From the human T2T-CHM13v2.0 reference genome, Homo sapiens: a stretch of 64,000 nt of DNA. Positions 1-14,632 of the stretch are shown here, piece after piece (positions within the stretch are counted from its first letter, which is position 1; the number at the start of each line of letters is the position of its first letter). The notes under the pieces were generated by a model. The model saw only the letters and a list, made by a program, of their open reading frames with translations, did not search any database and was not told the origin of the DNA. Location of the stretch: contig CP068257.2 of the NCBI GenBank assembly GCA_009914755.4, positions 28,096,001 to 28,160,000 on the forward strand, written 5' to 3'. The position numbers and the translations under genes are program-made.

Positions 1-719
1 AACAGTGCTTAAATCCCTAGTTGGCCAGTCCGTACCTGAAGGAACTGTTCAATTCTACAAAGTACATAATTGCGGTATAAATTTATTTTTTCACTTTCTA
101 CAGCACAAATGAACTACTTATAATAATTATTGTATTTTTTTAAATAATACCACCACTCAGAAGGAAATTTTATCTGTTGAATTCCCTTCTGAGAGGTAGG
201 TATTTTAGAATATGCATGCAAAACAGGATAAGCAGAGGAAATCTTAACACCAATCAAAATATCTCAGGAATGGCACAGGAATTCTTTTTAAACCAAAGTA
301 TTTATGTGTCTCAATATTCTGAAGAATAGTTTTCAATGTAAATGAGCTCTTCAGAGTGAAAATTTCTGAGAAACTGCAGATAAGATTTCAAATAGCCGAT
401 TACATCAATCCAAGGGAAATTTCATCTGCTCACAGATATAGCTATGGGATGTATTTGCAAGACAGAACTTAGCTGAACTTGCATAGCTGTTTCCTGGCTC
501 TCTTTTTATCCTCTAATTTCTTCTAGTTTTATTAGCTTCTCTTCCTCAGCCTGCTCCATAATATTGATATTTCCTGGGTTTGTTTGCTCATTTATTTATT
601 TTACCATTCTCTCTTTCTATTCACAATTCTTTTGTGATTTCATTTACCATCATGACATTCATAGCCACGGTATCTTTAGCCTACACTTTTGTCCTATGGG
701 ACATGAGGGAACTTCAAAA

Positions 720-2020
720 AATTCATTAAAAATGAAATTAAAAGATAAAATAAAAATATAAACCTTATTTCTCATCATATCATTCAACAAGTTTAAGACA
801 GTTTTGTAAGCAGTGATAGCAGCCATTTAGTCTATCTCTAAAGAACTGAGATTCCTGGGAATTTAACCATGTCAATGCATTCTTTTTCTCATTACTAGCT
901 GAAGAAAAATGGGTTCCCCTTAAAGATTCTTTAAGATTAGGAAACAAAAAGAAGTTAGAAGGAGGCAAATGAGGACTGTAAGGTGGATGCCTGATGGTTT
1001 CCCATCAAAACTTTCACAAAATTGCCCTTGTTTGATGAGAGGAATGAGCAGGAGCACTGTCATAGTGGAGGAGGACTCTCTGGTGATGTTTTCCCAGGTG
1101 CTTTTCTGCGAAAGCTTTGGCCAACTTTCTTGAAACACTCTCATAATAAGCAGATGTTATCATTTTGGCCCTCCAGAAAATTGACAAGCAAAATGCCTTC
1201 AGCATCCCCAAAAAACTGTTGCCATAACCTTAGCTCTTGAGCAGTTTGCTTTTACTTTGACTTGACCACATCCACCTCTTGGTAGCCATTGCTTTGATTA
1301 TGCTTTGTCTTCAGGATCATACTGGTGAAGCCATGTTTCATCTCCTATTAAATTCTTCAAATAAATGCTTCAAGATCTTGATACCACTTGCTTAAAATTT
1401 CCATTGAGAGCTCTATTCTTGTCTATAGCTGATCTGGGCACAACAGTTTTGGCACCCATCAACTGGAAAATTTGCTCCATTTTAATTTTTAAATCGGAAA
1501 TGTGTAAGCTGAACAAATTGAGATGTCTGTGGTGTTGGCTATTGTTTCTGCTGTTAATTGTTGATCACCATCAATTAGAACACGAACCAGATGAATTTTT
1601 TCCTTACAAATTGATGTGGATGCTCTACCGCTAGAGGCTTCATCTTCAACATCATCTCATACCATCTTAAAATGAGTTATCCATTTGTAAACTGCTTATT
1701 TCTTTGGGGCATTGTCCCATAAACTTCTTGTAAAGCATCAGTGATTTTCATCATTCTTCCACCTAAGCTCCATCATAAATTTGATGTTTGTTCTTCCTTC
1801 AATTTTAGCAGAATTTATGTTACTCATATAGGAGCTCTTTTCAAACAGATGTCTTCTCCTTCTTAGTGACTCAAACTAGATTGTGTTCATATTTGTTATA
1901 ATAAGTTAATGTGAGTTTATTTTGGTGCAAACAATTGAAATCCTTGCGTAATTCTTTCTCATAATAAGCACTTTCCATGAACTCTTTGAACGACCGTTGT
2001 AATTTAAACTGCGTTTGGAT
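720..2020 (-). mobile_element. Hsmar2-like mariner (Tc1/mariner superfamily) DNA transposon fossil carrying a decayed transposase pseudo-ORF
   Basis: Minus-strand translation gives collinear mariner transposase blocks. N-terminus: MSNINSAKIEGRTNIKFMMELRWKNDE..DDVEDEASSGRASTSICKEKIHLVRVLIDGDQQLTAETIA. Middle: GDETWLHQYDPEDKA.SKQWLPRGG..KANCSRAKVMATVFW. Then ITSAYYESV.RKLAKAFAEK..HQRVLLHYDSAPAHSSHQTRAIL (decayed HDNAPAH catalytic motif). C-terminus: FLFPNLKESLRGTHF...CYHCLQNCLKLVE, stop near 780. ATG near 1827. Several in-frame stops and frameshifts, so non-functional. Ends are approximate; TIRs not identified. Confidence 0.75.
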
Positions 2021-4007
2021 TTCTACCTAAAGTAGGGTAATAAAGTATCCCAGTTTGCCTGAAACTCCCAGTTCTGCATCCTGGGAAAGTTTCTCTTCCA
2101 GATGTGAAGAATCCAGGCTTTGGGGGATAGGCATGGAAGTTTGGGAGAAAGGTACAAAACCCATCAGCACCTTCAAACATAGGGGCTGAAGGCAACACTA
2201 TTTTTAGTGTCAAATTGATAATGGCACACATTATCCACCTTCCATTGCTGCAGTCACTGTTTTTCCCCAACCACTGGCGCTGGCAACTGTAATTTGGGGC
2301 TAACAATAATAGCTAATTAACTGTTGATTTTCTTCAAGTGATGCATCCTAAATGGGCAACTTAAGTAGATTGCAATCATGATTATTAACAATCTGTCTTT
2401 GAGTTGGCCAGTAGATTAATTTTTGAGTTGTATTAAGATAGAGAAGTTTTAAGTTGTTAAATGTTAAATATCATAAATATCACTTTAAGAGAGATATGCC
2501 ATTGACTTTACCCCACGGATATCAATGATATATTTAAATAAGGAAAAAAGTTCTCAGAGGATTGGGAGAGAATAACTTCTATCCATTGGAGATGTATTTG
2601 TGGATATGCTAGTAGTGGAATAGGGTTAGTTTATTTGCCTCACTCGATTTTGGATGAAAACAAATGGGATCTGAATTTCCGTGAGATTAATATATTCCTT
2701 TAACTACATCCTAGTTCTGTGTGACTGTAAGCCTCAGAAGATCAAAATGGCAACTATTTAACCAGCAATATCTGTGGTTAATTTTCATGATGAACAAGAC
2801 AAATGTGAAAAAATGCCACGGAAAATGGTATTATGTTTAATGGTTTAGATTTAGAAGTATTTTCATTTAAGTAGCATGTGGCATTGAACTTAATTTATAT
2901 AAAAATATGAGTGAAATTTATGTTTTACTTCTACAGGCGGTTACATTTTGACTGAGGGAGATGCTTTTGCAGTGCTGTTCCTTGGGGCCTTGCTACTACT
3001 AAATGAATATCTGCCATATATTTCGAGATTTTTCTATGCTTTGATTTACCATGGATGGTTTGTGTAAATAATTTTCAAATTCTAAATACCAACATAGGAG
3101 AGCCTTATCCAGAGCTGGTTAAATATTTAAGAACCAGCTCTCAAAACTCTATGTGTGTTTATATATAAATTTTACTGATATTAGAATGTATACCAATAAC
3201 TTATAAATAATAATAAAATACACAATGCTATTTATCATAAATTCTATATAGCCAATTGAGTCTTGCTATATTCTAGCTATATGAACATTTTTTCCTGATT
3301 TTTGCTAAATTTGTATATCTGTATCCAGCTTATAGTTGAAATTTGAACATAGTTTTATAAATAAAGTTGCATCCTAATCCCCTAATTTTTTTTTCAAAAA
3401 AATTGTTGTAATTAAATTTGTGGGCTACTTTAAAACTTTCCCATTCTTATGCAAATTATATTCATTAAACTAAAACCTCTTTTAGCTTCAGCACTTGACA
3501 TGGTGCACTTTTAAGTTAAATCTGAATTATTAACATTTCTTCATCACTTTCTTAAGTGATGAAGAAAATGTTTCATTTTGAGGAAAAGGATTGTTTTGCT
3601 CGACAATCACATGAACCTCTGTTAGCGTTTATAGATGTAGATTTACAAGGGGTAAATATTCCCATGATTGCCAGTTACCATTTACTAACATAATGTCACT
3701 CAGTGCAGTTAAAAGAGATGCACAGTAGCACATCATTGTATGACATTTTTAGTATATGGATATAGTAGATGTAAAACTGTAAGGCATAGGTAATAGTAAA
3801 ATACAGGGAAATAATTAGTTTTACTATTATATTTACTATGTATTTTTAATATTTACTTTTATTTTAATATAAGATATTTAATTGTAAGTTTGTGTAATTC
3901 AATTTTTTCATAATGGCTGTGTTTAACAATAGGCTTGCAACATTCCTGAAAATTTAACAGTTGGCTCTTGTGAGCCAATACAAACTTGCTCCAGAACATT
4001 ATTGGCC

Positions 4008-4050
4008 TAATCTGAAGAGGCTTATTTAATCTGAAGAGGCTTATAAATAA
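4008..4050. repeat. Tandem duplication of a ~21-bp unit (atctgaagaggcttat...)
   Basis: taatctgaagaggcttatt then taatctgaagaggcttataaataa read directly. Confidence 0.8.
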
Positions 4051-4228
4051 AAATGCCCCACTTCCAAGCACCTCCATCACTACCACTCCATCCAGGCTAC
4101 TGGCCTTCCTTTCTAGAATTATGGCTTAGCCTCCACTCTGTCCTTCTGGCTCGCACTTTGGCCCATTGGTCCACTTCCCACACTACAGACAGAGTGATCC
4201 TTTTAATGGATATACTGGATCATAGCAC

Positions 4229-4278
4229 TTTTCTTTTCTTTTCTTTTCTTTTCTTTTCTTTTCTTTTCTTTTCTTTTC
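4229..4278. repeat. (TTTTC)n microsatellite (decayed A-tail of the adjacent minus-strand Alu)
   Basis: ttcttttcttttcttttc... x ~9, directly abutting the Alu poly-T end. Confidence 0.95.
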
Positions 4279-4550
4279 GAGACAGAGTCTTACTCTCTTG
4301 CCCAGGGTGGAGTGCAGTGGCACAATCACAGCTCACTGCAGCCTCGACTCCAGTGATCCTCCCACCTCAGCCTCCTGGGTAGTTGGGACTATAGCCACGT
4401 GACACCATGCCTGGCTAATTTTTTTGTTTTTGCAGGGATAGGGTTTCACCATGTTGCCCAAACTAGTCTTGAACTCTTGGGCTCAAGAGATCCACCCCCC
4501 TGGGCCTCCCAAATTTCTTGGATTACAGGCATGAGCCACTGAGCCCAGCC
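4274..4550 (-). mobile_element. Alu SINE (old, CpG-poor; AluJ/S-like)
   Basis: Reverse-complement Alu: gagacagagtcttactctcttgcccagggtggagtgcagtgg ... ggattacaggcatgagccactgagcccagcc; only ~3 CpG left. Confidence 0.9.
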
Positions 4551-5466
4551 TCCTTTTATCAAAGTTCTTTATTGTCTTCCTTTCTTACTCAGAATTGAAC
4601 TCAACATTCTTGTCATCATTGCCTCTTTGACATAGCTCTAATGACCTCTGCATTCTGTTTCCTACTAATTCCCCACCATTTTGCTCTCATCTCTTTTGCC
4701 TTCTTGGGATTCTTCTCACACATCAGAGAACCTGCCTCAGTGCATTTTGTACTTTGCTTTCTTGGCCTGGCATGCAGGGACCTCCAACTTGCACACTCCT
4801 TAAATTGCCTGCTCTCCAACCTAATGTTACTTTCTCAAAGAGACCTCCCTGCCTATCCAAGTCAGAGCACACTCAAAAACTCTAGACTGCCTGTTTTCTT
4901 TCCCCATACTCTACATCTCATTGCTCTTCATAGCATGGTTCAGAACCTACCATGTTAATTTTCCATCTCCCCAACAAGAACATAGATTTCATGAAAGAAA
5001 GGACTTTGCTTTATTCATCGTGGATCTCCAGAGCCTAAAAAACTATCTGACATAGATAACTGATAAATATTCATTAAATTCATGCATGGATCCTTATTAG
5101 AATTGACTCTGAACTGTGTTCACTTTAGGTGAATTCCATCACTGTTTCTCTCAGCATGAGGGTGGTTCAGTGGCAAGAAGGTGTCAAGTCCAACTCATAA
5201 AGTGAGGCTGTGTTCATTCAGAGGGGTACCGCTTTCTAATTCTCACAAAGGCACAATATGAGCTGGTGACAGTCCTAATTTCATCCTATTGACAGATATA
5301 ATTTTATGTCTTTAATGTCTTCCTCATTGCACCCCAAATCTTCTAGTGGCTTGGAACAACTTATATATGCTATTCTCTTCTCTTGGGGACACATGGATAT
5401 GACTAAGTAACCATATCATACTTGTATGCAGGGTGAGTCTGTGTGTAACCAAAAGTTGAAAACATC

Positions 5467-5716
5467 GGCTGGGCACGGTTGCTCAGGACTGTAATCCCAG
5501 CACTTTGGGAGGTCGAGGCGGGTGGATCACCTAAGGTCAAGAGTTTGAGACCAGCCTGACCAATATGGCAAAACCCCGTCTCTATTAAAATTACAAAAAT
5601 TAGCCGGGCATGGTAGCATGCACCTGTAGTCCCAGCTACTTGGGAGGCTGATCGCGCCACTGCACTCCAGCCTGGGCGACAGAGTGAGACTCCGTCTCAA
5701 AAAAAAAAAAAAAAAA
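5467..5716 (+). mobile_element. Alu SINE with internal right-arm deletion and 18-nt A-tail
   Basis: ggctgggcacggttgctcaggactgtaatcccagcactttgggagg ... gggaggctga|tcgcgccactgcactccagcctgggcgacagagtgagactccgtctc + A18. Confidence 0.9.
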
Positions 5717-6051
5717 TTGAAAACATATTTGAAGAGATTGGTACATTGCCAATACTAAAGAAAAGGGAATAAGTGAAAGAAGTTAAGCAAGGTCATAACA
5801 TATAAAGAATATTAAGTGAAATATAAAAAGAAATCAAGTCAAATGTTTTTCCCTAGCACGACCCCAAGACAAAATTAGGTCTAAAGACATAGAAAGCAAT
5901 TAAAACTCATTGTAGTGACTGTGCTCATAGAATATTTGTAAACAGCCTATTTCCTTTAGGCCTCAGTTTCATTACCTGTGAAGCAGGCATTGTAGTATTG
6001 ATCTCCTCAGAAAGAGTTATAAAAATCAGATACTGTCTGAAAACTGGTATT

Positions 6052-6078
6052 GTTATTATGATTATGATTATGATTATT
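6052..6078. repeat. (ATTATG)n microsatellite
   Basis: attatgattatgattatgattat immediately 5' of the Alu. Confidence 0.9.
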
Positions 6079-6372
6079 TTTGAGATAGAGTTTCTCTTTG
6101 CTGCCTAGGCTGGAGTGCAGTGGTACAATCACAGCTCACAGCAGCCTCCACTCAACTGGACTCAACTGGACTCAACTGATTCTCCAACTTCAGCCTCCCA
6201 AGTAGCTGGGACCACAGGTGCATGCTACCACCTGGCTAACTTTTTTTATATTTGTAGAGACAAGGTGTCACTATGGTGGCCAGGCTGGTTTGGAACTCCT
6301 GACTTCAAGTGATCCTTCCTCCTCAGCCTCCCAAAGTGCTGGGATTACAGGCATGAGCCACTGTACCTGGCC
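6076..6372 (-). mobile_element. Alu SINE (old) with internal 3x tandem 10-mer
   Basis: Reverse-complement Alu, tgagatagagtttctctttgctgcctaggctggagtgcagtgg ... gggattacaggcatgagccactgtacctggccc; contains ctcaactgga x3 at ~6150-6180. Confidence 0.9.
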
Positions 6373-6450
6373 CTGAAAATTAGTATTATTAACCTTAAGG
6401 ATATGTTTCATAAATTCATTTAAATATTTATTAAGTGGGCATTTTTATGA

Positions 6451-6822
<372 letters not shown>

Positions 6823-9802
6823 CGACATTTTCATTATTAACAATTATTTCTTAAAGATCACTTAAGAAAATGTGAGTTTTTTTTCAGAGAATAAGTATGT
6901 TCATACTTCTAGATGTATTCTCCATTTATGTTTTACCCACAATATGAAAGTCACCTATGCTTAACAATTTCCAAAGACAGCTTGATGTTTCCAAGAAGTC
7001 CCCTTTTAAGTGTGGCCTGTAAGACCTTGCCCAGGTGGCTTATCTGATGGTCTTGGCGAGACTCTGGCCTGGGCAGTAATTCTGGCTCTAACATTTCTGC
7101 TTGAAGCACAAAGAAACTGTAGGCTCATTTCCCAGAGGATGGGGGAAGTTGTAGCTCTAACTGTTTAAAATTGGATTTTATTGGGTAATGTTTCAAAGCG
7201 CTCACTTTGCATTTCTGCTTACAAAGCTGAACATTCAGCCAAAATATTGGAAAGGAAATACTCAGGCAGAATGAAACGACTGAGGAGGCTTGAAAAGTGG
7301 GGAGCCGAGCCAAGAATGACAAAATAAAAGGGGCACATTCCAGAAGGAGACGTGAAAGAGAAAACTGTTTTTAGCACATCAGTTAGAGCCTTCTTTTCCC
7401 ACATCCATATCCAAACCTTGGGAATAACTAATGTTTTAGTTGGGTTTTTAGCTTTTCTTCTCATATACTCACTTCAAATCTCATGCTAACACATTAAAGA
7501 AGGCTTTGCCGGCCCATCTGGGGCAACCCAAGCCTTTAATTCAAGTTGGCTTTTACCATTTCATGGCAGGTGCCAAGGATGGAGGTCACGTGAAGGTTTT
7601 CTACCCTCCACTCTGGAAACATGAAATAAAATTACTTTAGCATTGATGCAATGAACAAATATTCCTGTCAGATGCGATCACCATCTGAGACACAAGTCTG
7701 GGAAGTATTTTACATCCCATAACATGACTTTGAGGGTGAGCACATGTATTTGTTTATCTCCCATGAAGGCAACTTTATTTATACGCTATTGATTTTTTTG
7801 TGAACTATTCTGCTCCTTGAAAAACTCCATTTATTTGATTATAGGAAGCAAATCTCCCCCACACTACCAGAGTGGATTATTTAGAAATGGCTGAGAGCAA
7901 CCATAGAGACAGCTCAAGAAGCTAGTCTACAAAGGCAGGTCAGGAGGCAGCACAGAACTGAATGGAAGTGCGTTGCACTGGGCAGACAGAGAGGTTTGGA
8001 TGAACTGACTTCAGTGAGGTTTCCCACCTGGGAAATTTTGCTGATAGTGACTCACTTGTGCTCCTAATTCTCCCACCTTATCTGTTTGTGTGGGGTGTGT
8101 ATATGTGTGCTCATGAACACTCATATGTGTATATGCATGCATTTCTCTTATAAAGCCATCTTTAATAATTACAACCATCTTCCCACCTTTGAGAAGATTC
8201 CAAACTACATTCAGAAGAAGCAAACAGTTTTTGAGGTGTTACCTCCATCATACCAAGAGGATGGATTTCAAATCTTTTTGCAGTCACTTGGAGAGAGTTG
8301 ACTTCTTTTGCAAGTCTCTTGCATTGTTAAATATCCCACAGAAATGAAACTTGAAAGGGTAAAAGCAGAAATGATCCTTTGTGCTTAAGACACTGAAGAA
8401 AATAAATTGTATGGAAACAATAAATGATTAATTTGAAAACAAAGCAACGACTTTTTCTTTTTCTCTCAGATATGGTAGCATCTCCAAGTGGTTTCTGTGG
8501 AGGAACTATATTTCAGAGAATATGAATTCACAGACTGTACAAGGTGATTATTTTTAACGCATCTATCTATCTTGAATTATCATAAAGTCATAGAATGTAA
8601 AAGGAACTTGATTATCTAGTAAAGTTCTTATTCTTTATTTTGCTTCTTTTAGAAACAAAAACCACTTGTCATTTACTAAAATATCTTCAGATAAAGAAAC
8701 TAGATATTGCTCTTGGAAACAATAATGCAGCCTTTTGTAATGTCTTCAAGTCAGTACACATTTATTGCGAAATTAAACTGTGCTGGGGACACAAAAATCA
8801 AATTAGACATTTTCTTATTTATGTATGCATTCATTTAAAATATTTATTGGCTGTCTACAATGTGCCAGAATGGTTTTGAGGCAATAGGGGTACAGGAGTG
8901 AAAAAGGTAGACCTAGTTGCTGCCTTCATGAAAATTGTAGTACATTGGAGAAAAAGGACATTAAAAATATAATATAATGACAGGCAGTGAAAAGTGCTGT
9001 GATTACAAATAAAGCGGAATGAGGGGGTTAAGAGTGATGGAGACAGACTCCTATTTTAGATAGGATGGTCCAGGTAGGTCTCTCTGGCAAGATGACATTT
9101 AAACAGAGATCTGAATGTGATGAGAAACAGAAGACATTCTAGGGAGAGGAAACGGAATAAGGGAGGGGGAGAGACCAAGGATAGTTCCCATAACCAGTGG
9201 TTCTGTGTGGATAGAAGTTGAAGTCATGCAAAATTACAGAAGTAGAGACAGGAAAGGGATGTGGGAGAATATTTGTAGGGCTTGTAAACTGCACTGAAGA
9301 GTTTAGATTTTTCCTAAAATCCAAAAGGCAGTGTAGAATTGAAGAAGTCTAGGGAGAGATAAGACCAAGCCAGGGCAGTTAGCTGGTTACTCTGACAGTA
9401 GTATGAAGATTAGGAAGAGTAAAGGAACATCGTGCATTCATTTTATATGGTACAAAGCAGAGGTCTTCAGACATTTTTGTTCTTTTCTCCCCAAAAAAGT
9501 AATTTTGAACAATATGTAAACAAATTTTATAGTGATTTTAAATACTGCCAAATATATAATTTCCAACATCCTCAAAATATTGGCATTTAAAAGTAATTAT
9601 TTTACTCAATTAAAATATGCAGTAGAATATAAACGCCAGTGTGATTTGATTTCCACCAACATCCATTTAAAAATACACACTAAGTTGTTTTTCACTCTTT
9701 TTATATTATCACCTTTCTCTTTGAACTTCTTCCACCATAATTTTACCATAAAGTGTTTTTATGATTTGGAGATGTTTTATAGATAACTGTCATATGTTGT
9801 GC

Positions 9803-9850
9803 AACACACATGCACATGCACACACATGCACACACATACACAAACACACT
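9803..9850. repeat. (CA)n / CACATG-interrupted dinucleotide repeat
   Basis: caacacacatgcacatgcacacacatgcacacacatacacaaacacac. Confidence 0.9.
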
Positions 9851-9970
9851 GTTTATAATATGCATTAATTTTAGTTTTCTGTGACCAAAATGATTTCAAT
9901 TGAAAAAACTTCTTCTGGATTAAGTGACTATTACATTGTTTATTAGTACACGATTCATCAAGCAACATAA

Positions 9971-10359
<389 letters not shown>

Positions 10360-13257
10360 TATTAATTAACTGAAATCCTCACAACCACCCCATGAGGCAG
10401 CTCAGAAATCTTGTTCAGAGAAATAAGGAGGTGGGAATGGAGAGACTTCTGCCAGAGCAATGTCTTTGAAACTCTTCAGTGCCACATGCCAAAATCAAAC
10501 AGCAAACTGTCATCAAAGAGTATCTTTAACAATCTATTAGCCAATTCAATTAGTTACTCCTTTAATGTTTGATAGGAAAATATTTGAAAGTGCTCAACCT
10601 GCTAAAAGATTTGTTACATGGGAACCATGGTTACCAATCACAGGGGAGTCATTATACCCGTGACAAGGCACTGCAGACGACTCAGGGGGTTGAGAGGTTG
10701 GCCTTTTCTTTGCTAAGGGAGGGAAGGGCAATTCACCAAGTAGATAGCTGAAATATTCTACTTTCTCAAGAAGATAGATTTTAGGGAAGATGACTACGGA
10801 AGCTGAAGATGTAGAAACCAACTCCCTTAAACACCTTACTGCTCTTGTTTCTCTCAGAAAGCCTTTCTGTACTACCAGGGCGATGTGTACTCAATCCTCA
10901 GACACCTGGTTAATCCCAGTCTCTTCCATTGCCCCTTTGCCAGGGCCTTCTTGGAAGGCTTACTCAATGTTCCTCCAAACTATCCTTTCTGGTGCTTTTC
11001 TTGTCCTTAAGACAATTTGCAACCTTTTAAAACTTTGCTCTGCACAATTTAGGCAATTGAGTTCCTAGGACATTAAATGGCTCTCTCATGCCATGACTTG
11101 AAACTGGAGACCTGATTTTTATTATATTGATCAGCTCTTTTAATGATGTTCAATCATTGACAGGTTAATTTATGTTTTTTTTAAATTAGAACATCAATAC
11201 ATTTTTTTTGTCACTGCAAAACAGCAATCGTCACATTTTAAAAGGGAACAAACTGTGAGTAAATGTGGGTGATGGTGGGGGGCATTTCTGAAATCATTGT
11301 GAATGTAGCTGCTATTTAGTATCTTATCAGCCAAGAAGCAAATTTTTAAAAATTGCAATAAAGAAAACAGACTTTCCTGTTTCTACCTTTGGAATTCTAG
11401 AACCATTTCAAAATCATATTGATAAAAAATAACTTATTTAAATTTCAACAGCCTACATTCCTACTAGAAGACACATATTTCTTGAAGGATACATCTTGAT
11501 ATATGAATTTATATATAGAAGGTTTCAGAGCTTGCTGGTTGAATGATCTGTTGGAACATGACCATTTTTATTAAACTGCCATATTTTAAGTTATCCAACA
11601 GTTATGTTTATAGTGTAAAATCTCATTGGGGACTTTACATGTTTCCACAGGTCGAGTGGTAGAAAATTGATTGCCGTTGTTTCATTTGACAAATTCTTGG
11701 ATCTTTACATATTTTCTTGCATTTACTCATCACTAGGAAATGGACTGTTGTTACTTGCCAGGCCTTTGCTGAGAGAAGGAAACAGAGTCCTTTTGAAAGC
11801 TCTGGGTGATGTTTGTGAATATTTAATCATGGAGAAGGTACAATGGCCTCATTTACAGTGATACATCAAAATTAATTTCATGGTATTTTGTCAAGGAAAG
11901 ACTCTTAACCATATGCCTTCAAATAAAAATAAATTAGTTGCAAAACTCTGACAAGGAATTTATCTAATTCTGCAAAGTCTTTGGATGCAAGATTTCCTTA
12001 AACAAAAATAGAATCATTCATGCAAACATGATTGAGTTCAATTTATTTCTGTTGTTCAAAAGGAATCAGAAAAAAAAGCATTTCTGTCTTCTGATGCTTC
12101 CAAACTCAAACTGAGTGTCTTTAATTGAGTCTCATGTTTTTATTAGAAATACATTAAATGCAAAATTAAGTAGAAAGAGAGAGAACCACACAAACATAGA
12201 AGGATGTTAAATACTTGGATTGGAGACAAAGTGAGCAGATCCTTCAAGTACAACATCCATTTCCTGGACCCAGAACAACACTGTATATTACTGAGTCACT
12301 CAACCCATCTTTAAAGGCAATCTCAGAGAAAAGAGCCTAGCTCCGTCTGAACTCACGGAACATTAATCAATGCTGAATAATAAACCTCACTGCGTGGTTC
12401 AGTAAACATATGGACTAAAAGTGGTTTCATGGATGAATTTCTTGTACACATTTTATTTTTTGCCATGTGATGTTTTAAAATCATGTATACAGTCAAATTT
12501 ATCAGTTTTTGAAATTGTACTTGGATTTTCTTGAACTTAGATTCTAAAGAAATTTACTCACGGTTTCTTCTAGTACTTGTATGGTTTCATGTTTTGCACA
12601 TTTGGAGTGTATTTTATGAACATAGTGAATCTGAGGTTACATTTTTCCAAATAGCTATCCAGTTTCCTCCACACCATTTATTAAAAAGAACATTTTTTTC
12701 TCATTGCTTTGAGATGGCACCTTAATTGCTTCTAAATTTCCACAAACAGGCTTGAGTCTGTTTCTGCGTATTCTATGCTGTTTCTCTGGTATGTCTGTCT
12801 AGGTATGCTCTAGTATCACTGTTTTAATTATAGAGCCTTTACAGGATGGTTTCACGCTGGATGGGGCTAGTCCCTTCCTCACTTCTTTTTTTTTTTCAAG
12901 GTGTTCTTAGATATTTCTGCATGTTTCTTTAGGAGGATTCAATCATAGGGGTAAAGTATCAGAATTTCTGTACCTAACTCCCAAATAAATACATGTAAAT
13001 GTATACATACAGAGAGAGATGAAGCAAATGTGGCAGAATGGTGTCAAGTGATGGCTCACTGAAGGGCATATGGGTGTTTATAGAATTCTTGCAACTTTTC
13101 TCATGCTTTAAAAAATTTCAAAATAAAATGTTGGGAGAAAATCAAAGAAAAAAGTTGGAGAGAAGTTAAAGTGGTTACCATTTATGCTTTGGAAGAGGGT
13201 GGACAGACATGGGAGTGGGAAAGTGGCTCTTCAGCGTGTACTTTAAAATAATATTTA

Positions 13258-13576
<319 letters not shown>

Positions 13577-13752
13577 TTATTTTGAGCAATCTAAATGTAT
13601 CAGTGATTCAAAGGAAAACATAAATCAAGTGAAAATTAATATAATTACCTCAAAATATGGAAGCTATGAAATGAATTTCAGGCTAATATCAAATTTGGCC
13701 AGTGTTAGAATTGGGAAATTTAAACGGTGTCATAAAATTCTTGAGGAATAAC

Positions 13753-13938
13753 ACACACTGGGACCTTTCACTGGACAGAGGGTGGTAGAAGGGAGAAGAT
13801 CAAGAAGAATAACTAATGGGTACTAGGCTTACCACCTGGGTGATGAAATAATCTGTACAACAAACCCCCATGACACAAGTTTACCTATGTAATCAACCTG
13901 CACTTGTACCCCTGAACTTAAAATAGAAGTTAAAAAAA
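13753..13938 (+). mobile_element. LINE-1 3'-end fragment (3' UTR and A-rich tail of an older primate L1)
   Basis: acacactgggacctttcactggacagagggtggtagaagggagaagat...taactaatgggtactaggcttaccacctgggtgatgaaataatctgtacaacaaacccccatgacacaagtttacctatgtaatcaacctgcacttgtacccctgaacttaaaatagaagttaaaaaaa matches the canonical L1 3' terminus. Confidence 0.75.
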
Positions 13939-14632
13939 TAGAAATTCGTGTACATAAGTTATAAGTTATAAAAATAAAATTCTTGAGGATGGATGAGCCA
14001 AGGGAGTTCTTCTGGGGGTCTGCCTCTTCCTGGTCCAGGGACCTACTGGTTGAGAGGAGCTGGGAGCCAGGTGGCATCTCACTCCCAGAGGAGGCATCCC
14101 TGGAAACTTAGAAAACTTTTTCATCTAGAGATGACAATTCTGACTCCTTTTCCCACTTTCATCCTTCTCTTTCCCACTCTCTAGAGATTTCTGTATTTAT
14201 TAAAGGCCAACCAACTTCCATCAGGTGGAGTCCTGTGTACCATGTGTCCTTGTGGTGGAGTTGACGCATGCATATGCACATTTGCACACCTCCAACATCA
14301 CTTCTGTCTTTGTTCCACTTTTCAAAGCAGACATTCTGAGGAGAGGGGGCAAGAAATCCTTCCTAGTTGTCAAGCTAGCTGGCACTACTGCTCTCTCTCA
14401 GCTAGGTTTTTTTTTTTTTTTCCTCCCTGGAATTCTATTGTCTTGCTTCTTATTCTTCATCTGATTACAGCTCTCCTTCATTCAGGTCTCAGGATAGACT
14501 TCACTTGTTCTGAAAATTTGGTCTATATTTTTCAAGATCTTGTTATCTGTTCTTTCCATGTACTCCTATAGTCCTTGGGATAAGGACAGCATAGGACATT
14601 TTGTGGTGTGTTGTAATTACCTAATGATGCCT

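Noticed and set aside
2040-4000. Unique-looking sequence right of the mariner fossil, examined for exons or further transposon sequence
   Set aside because: No ORF, splice-site pattern or repeat signature that I could support; left unannotated.
4229-4278. Recurring (TTTTC)n/(TTTC)n/(TTTA)n arrays (also ~6500-6530, 28951-28978, 31536-31604, 59890-59922, 60303-60320), which could look like a spaced repeat or CRISPR-like array
   Set aside because: Each abuts the poly-T end of a minus-strand Alu. This is the well-known decay of Alu A-tails into (GAAAA)n/(AAAG)n/(TAAA)n microsatellites. There are no spacers, no cas context and the sequence is eukaryotic.
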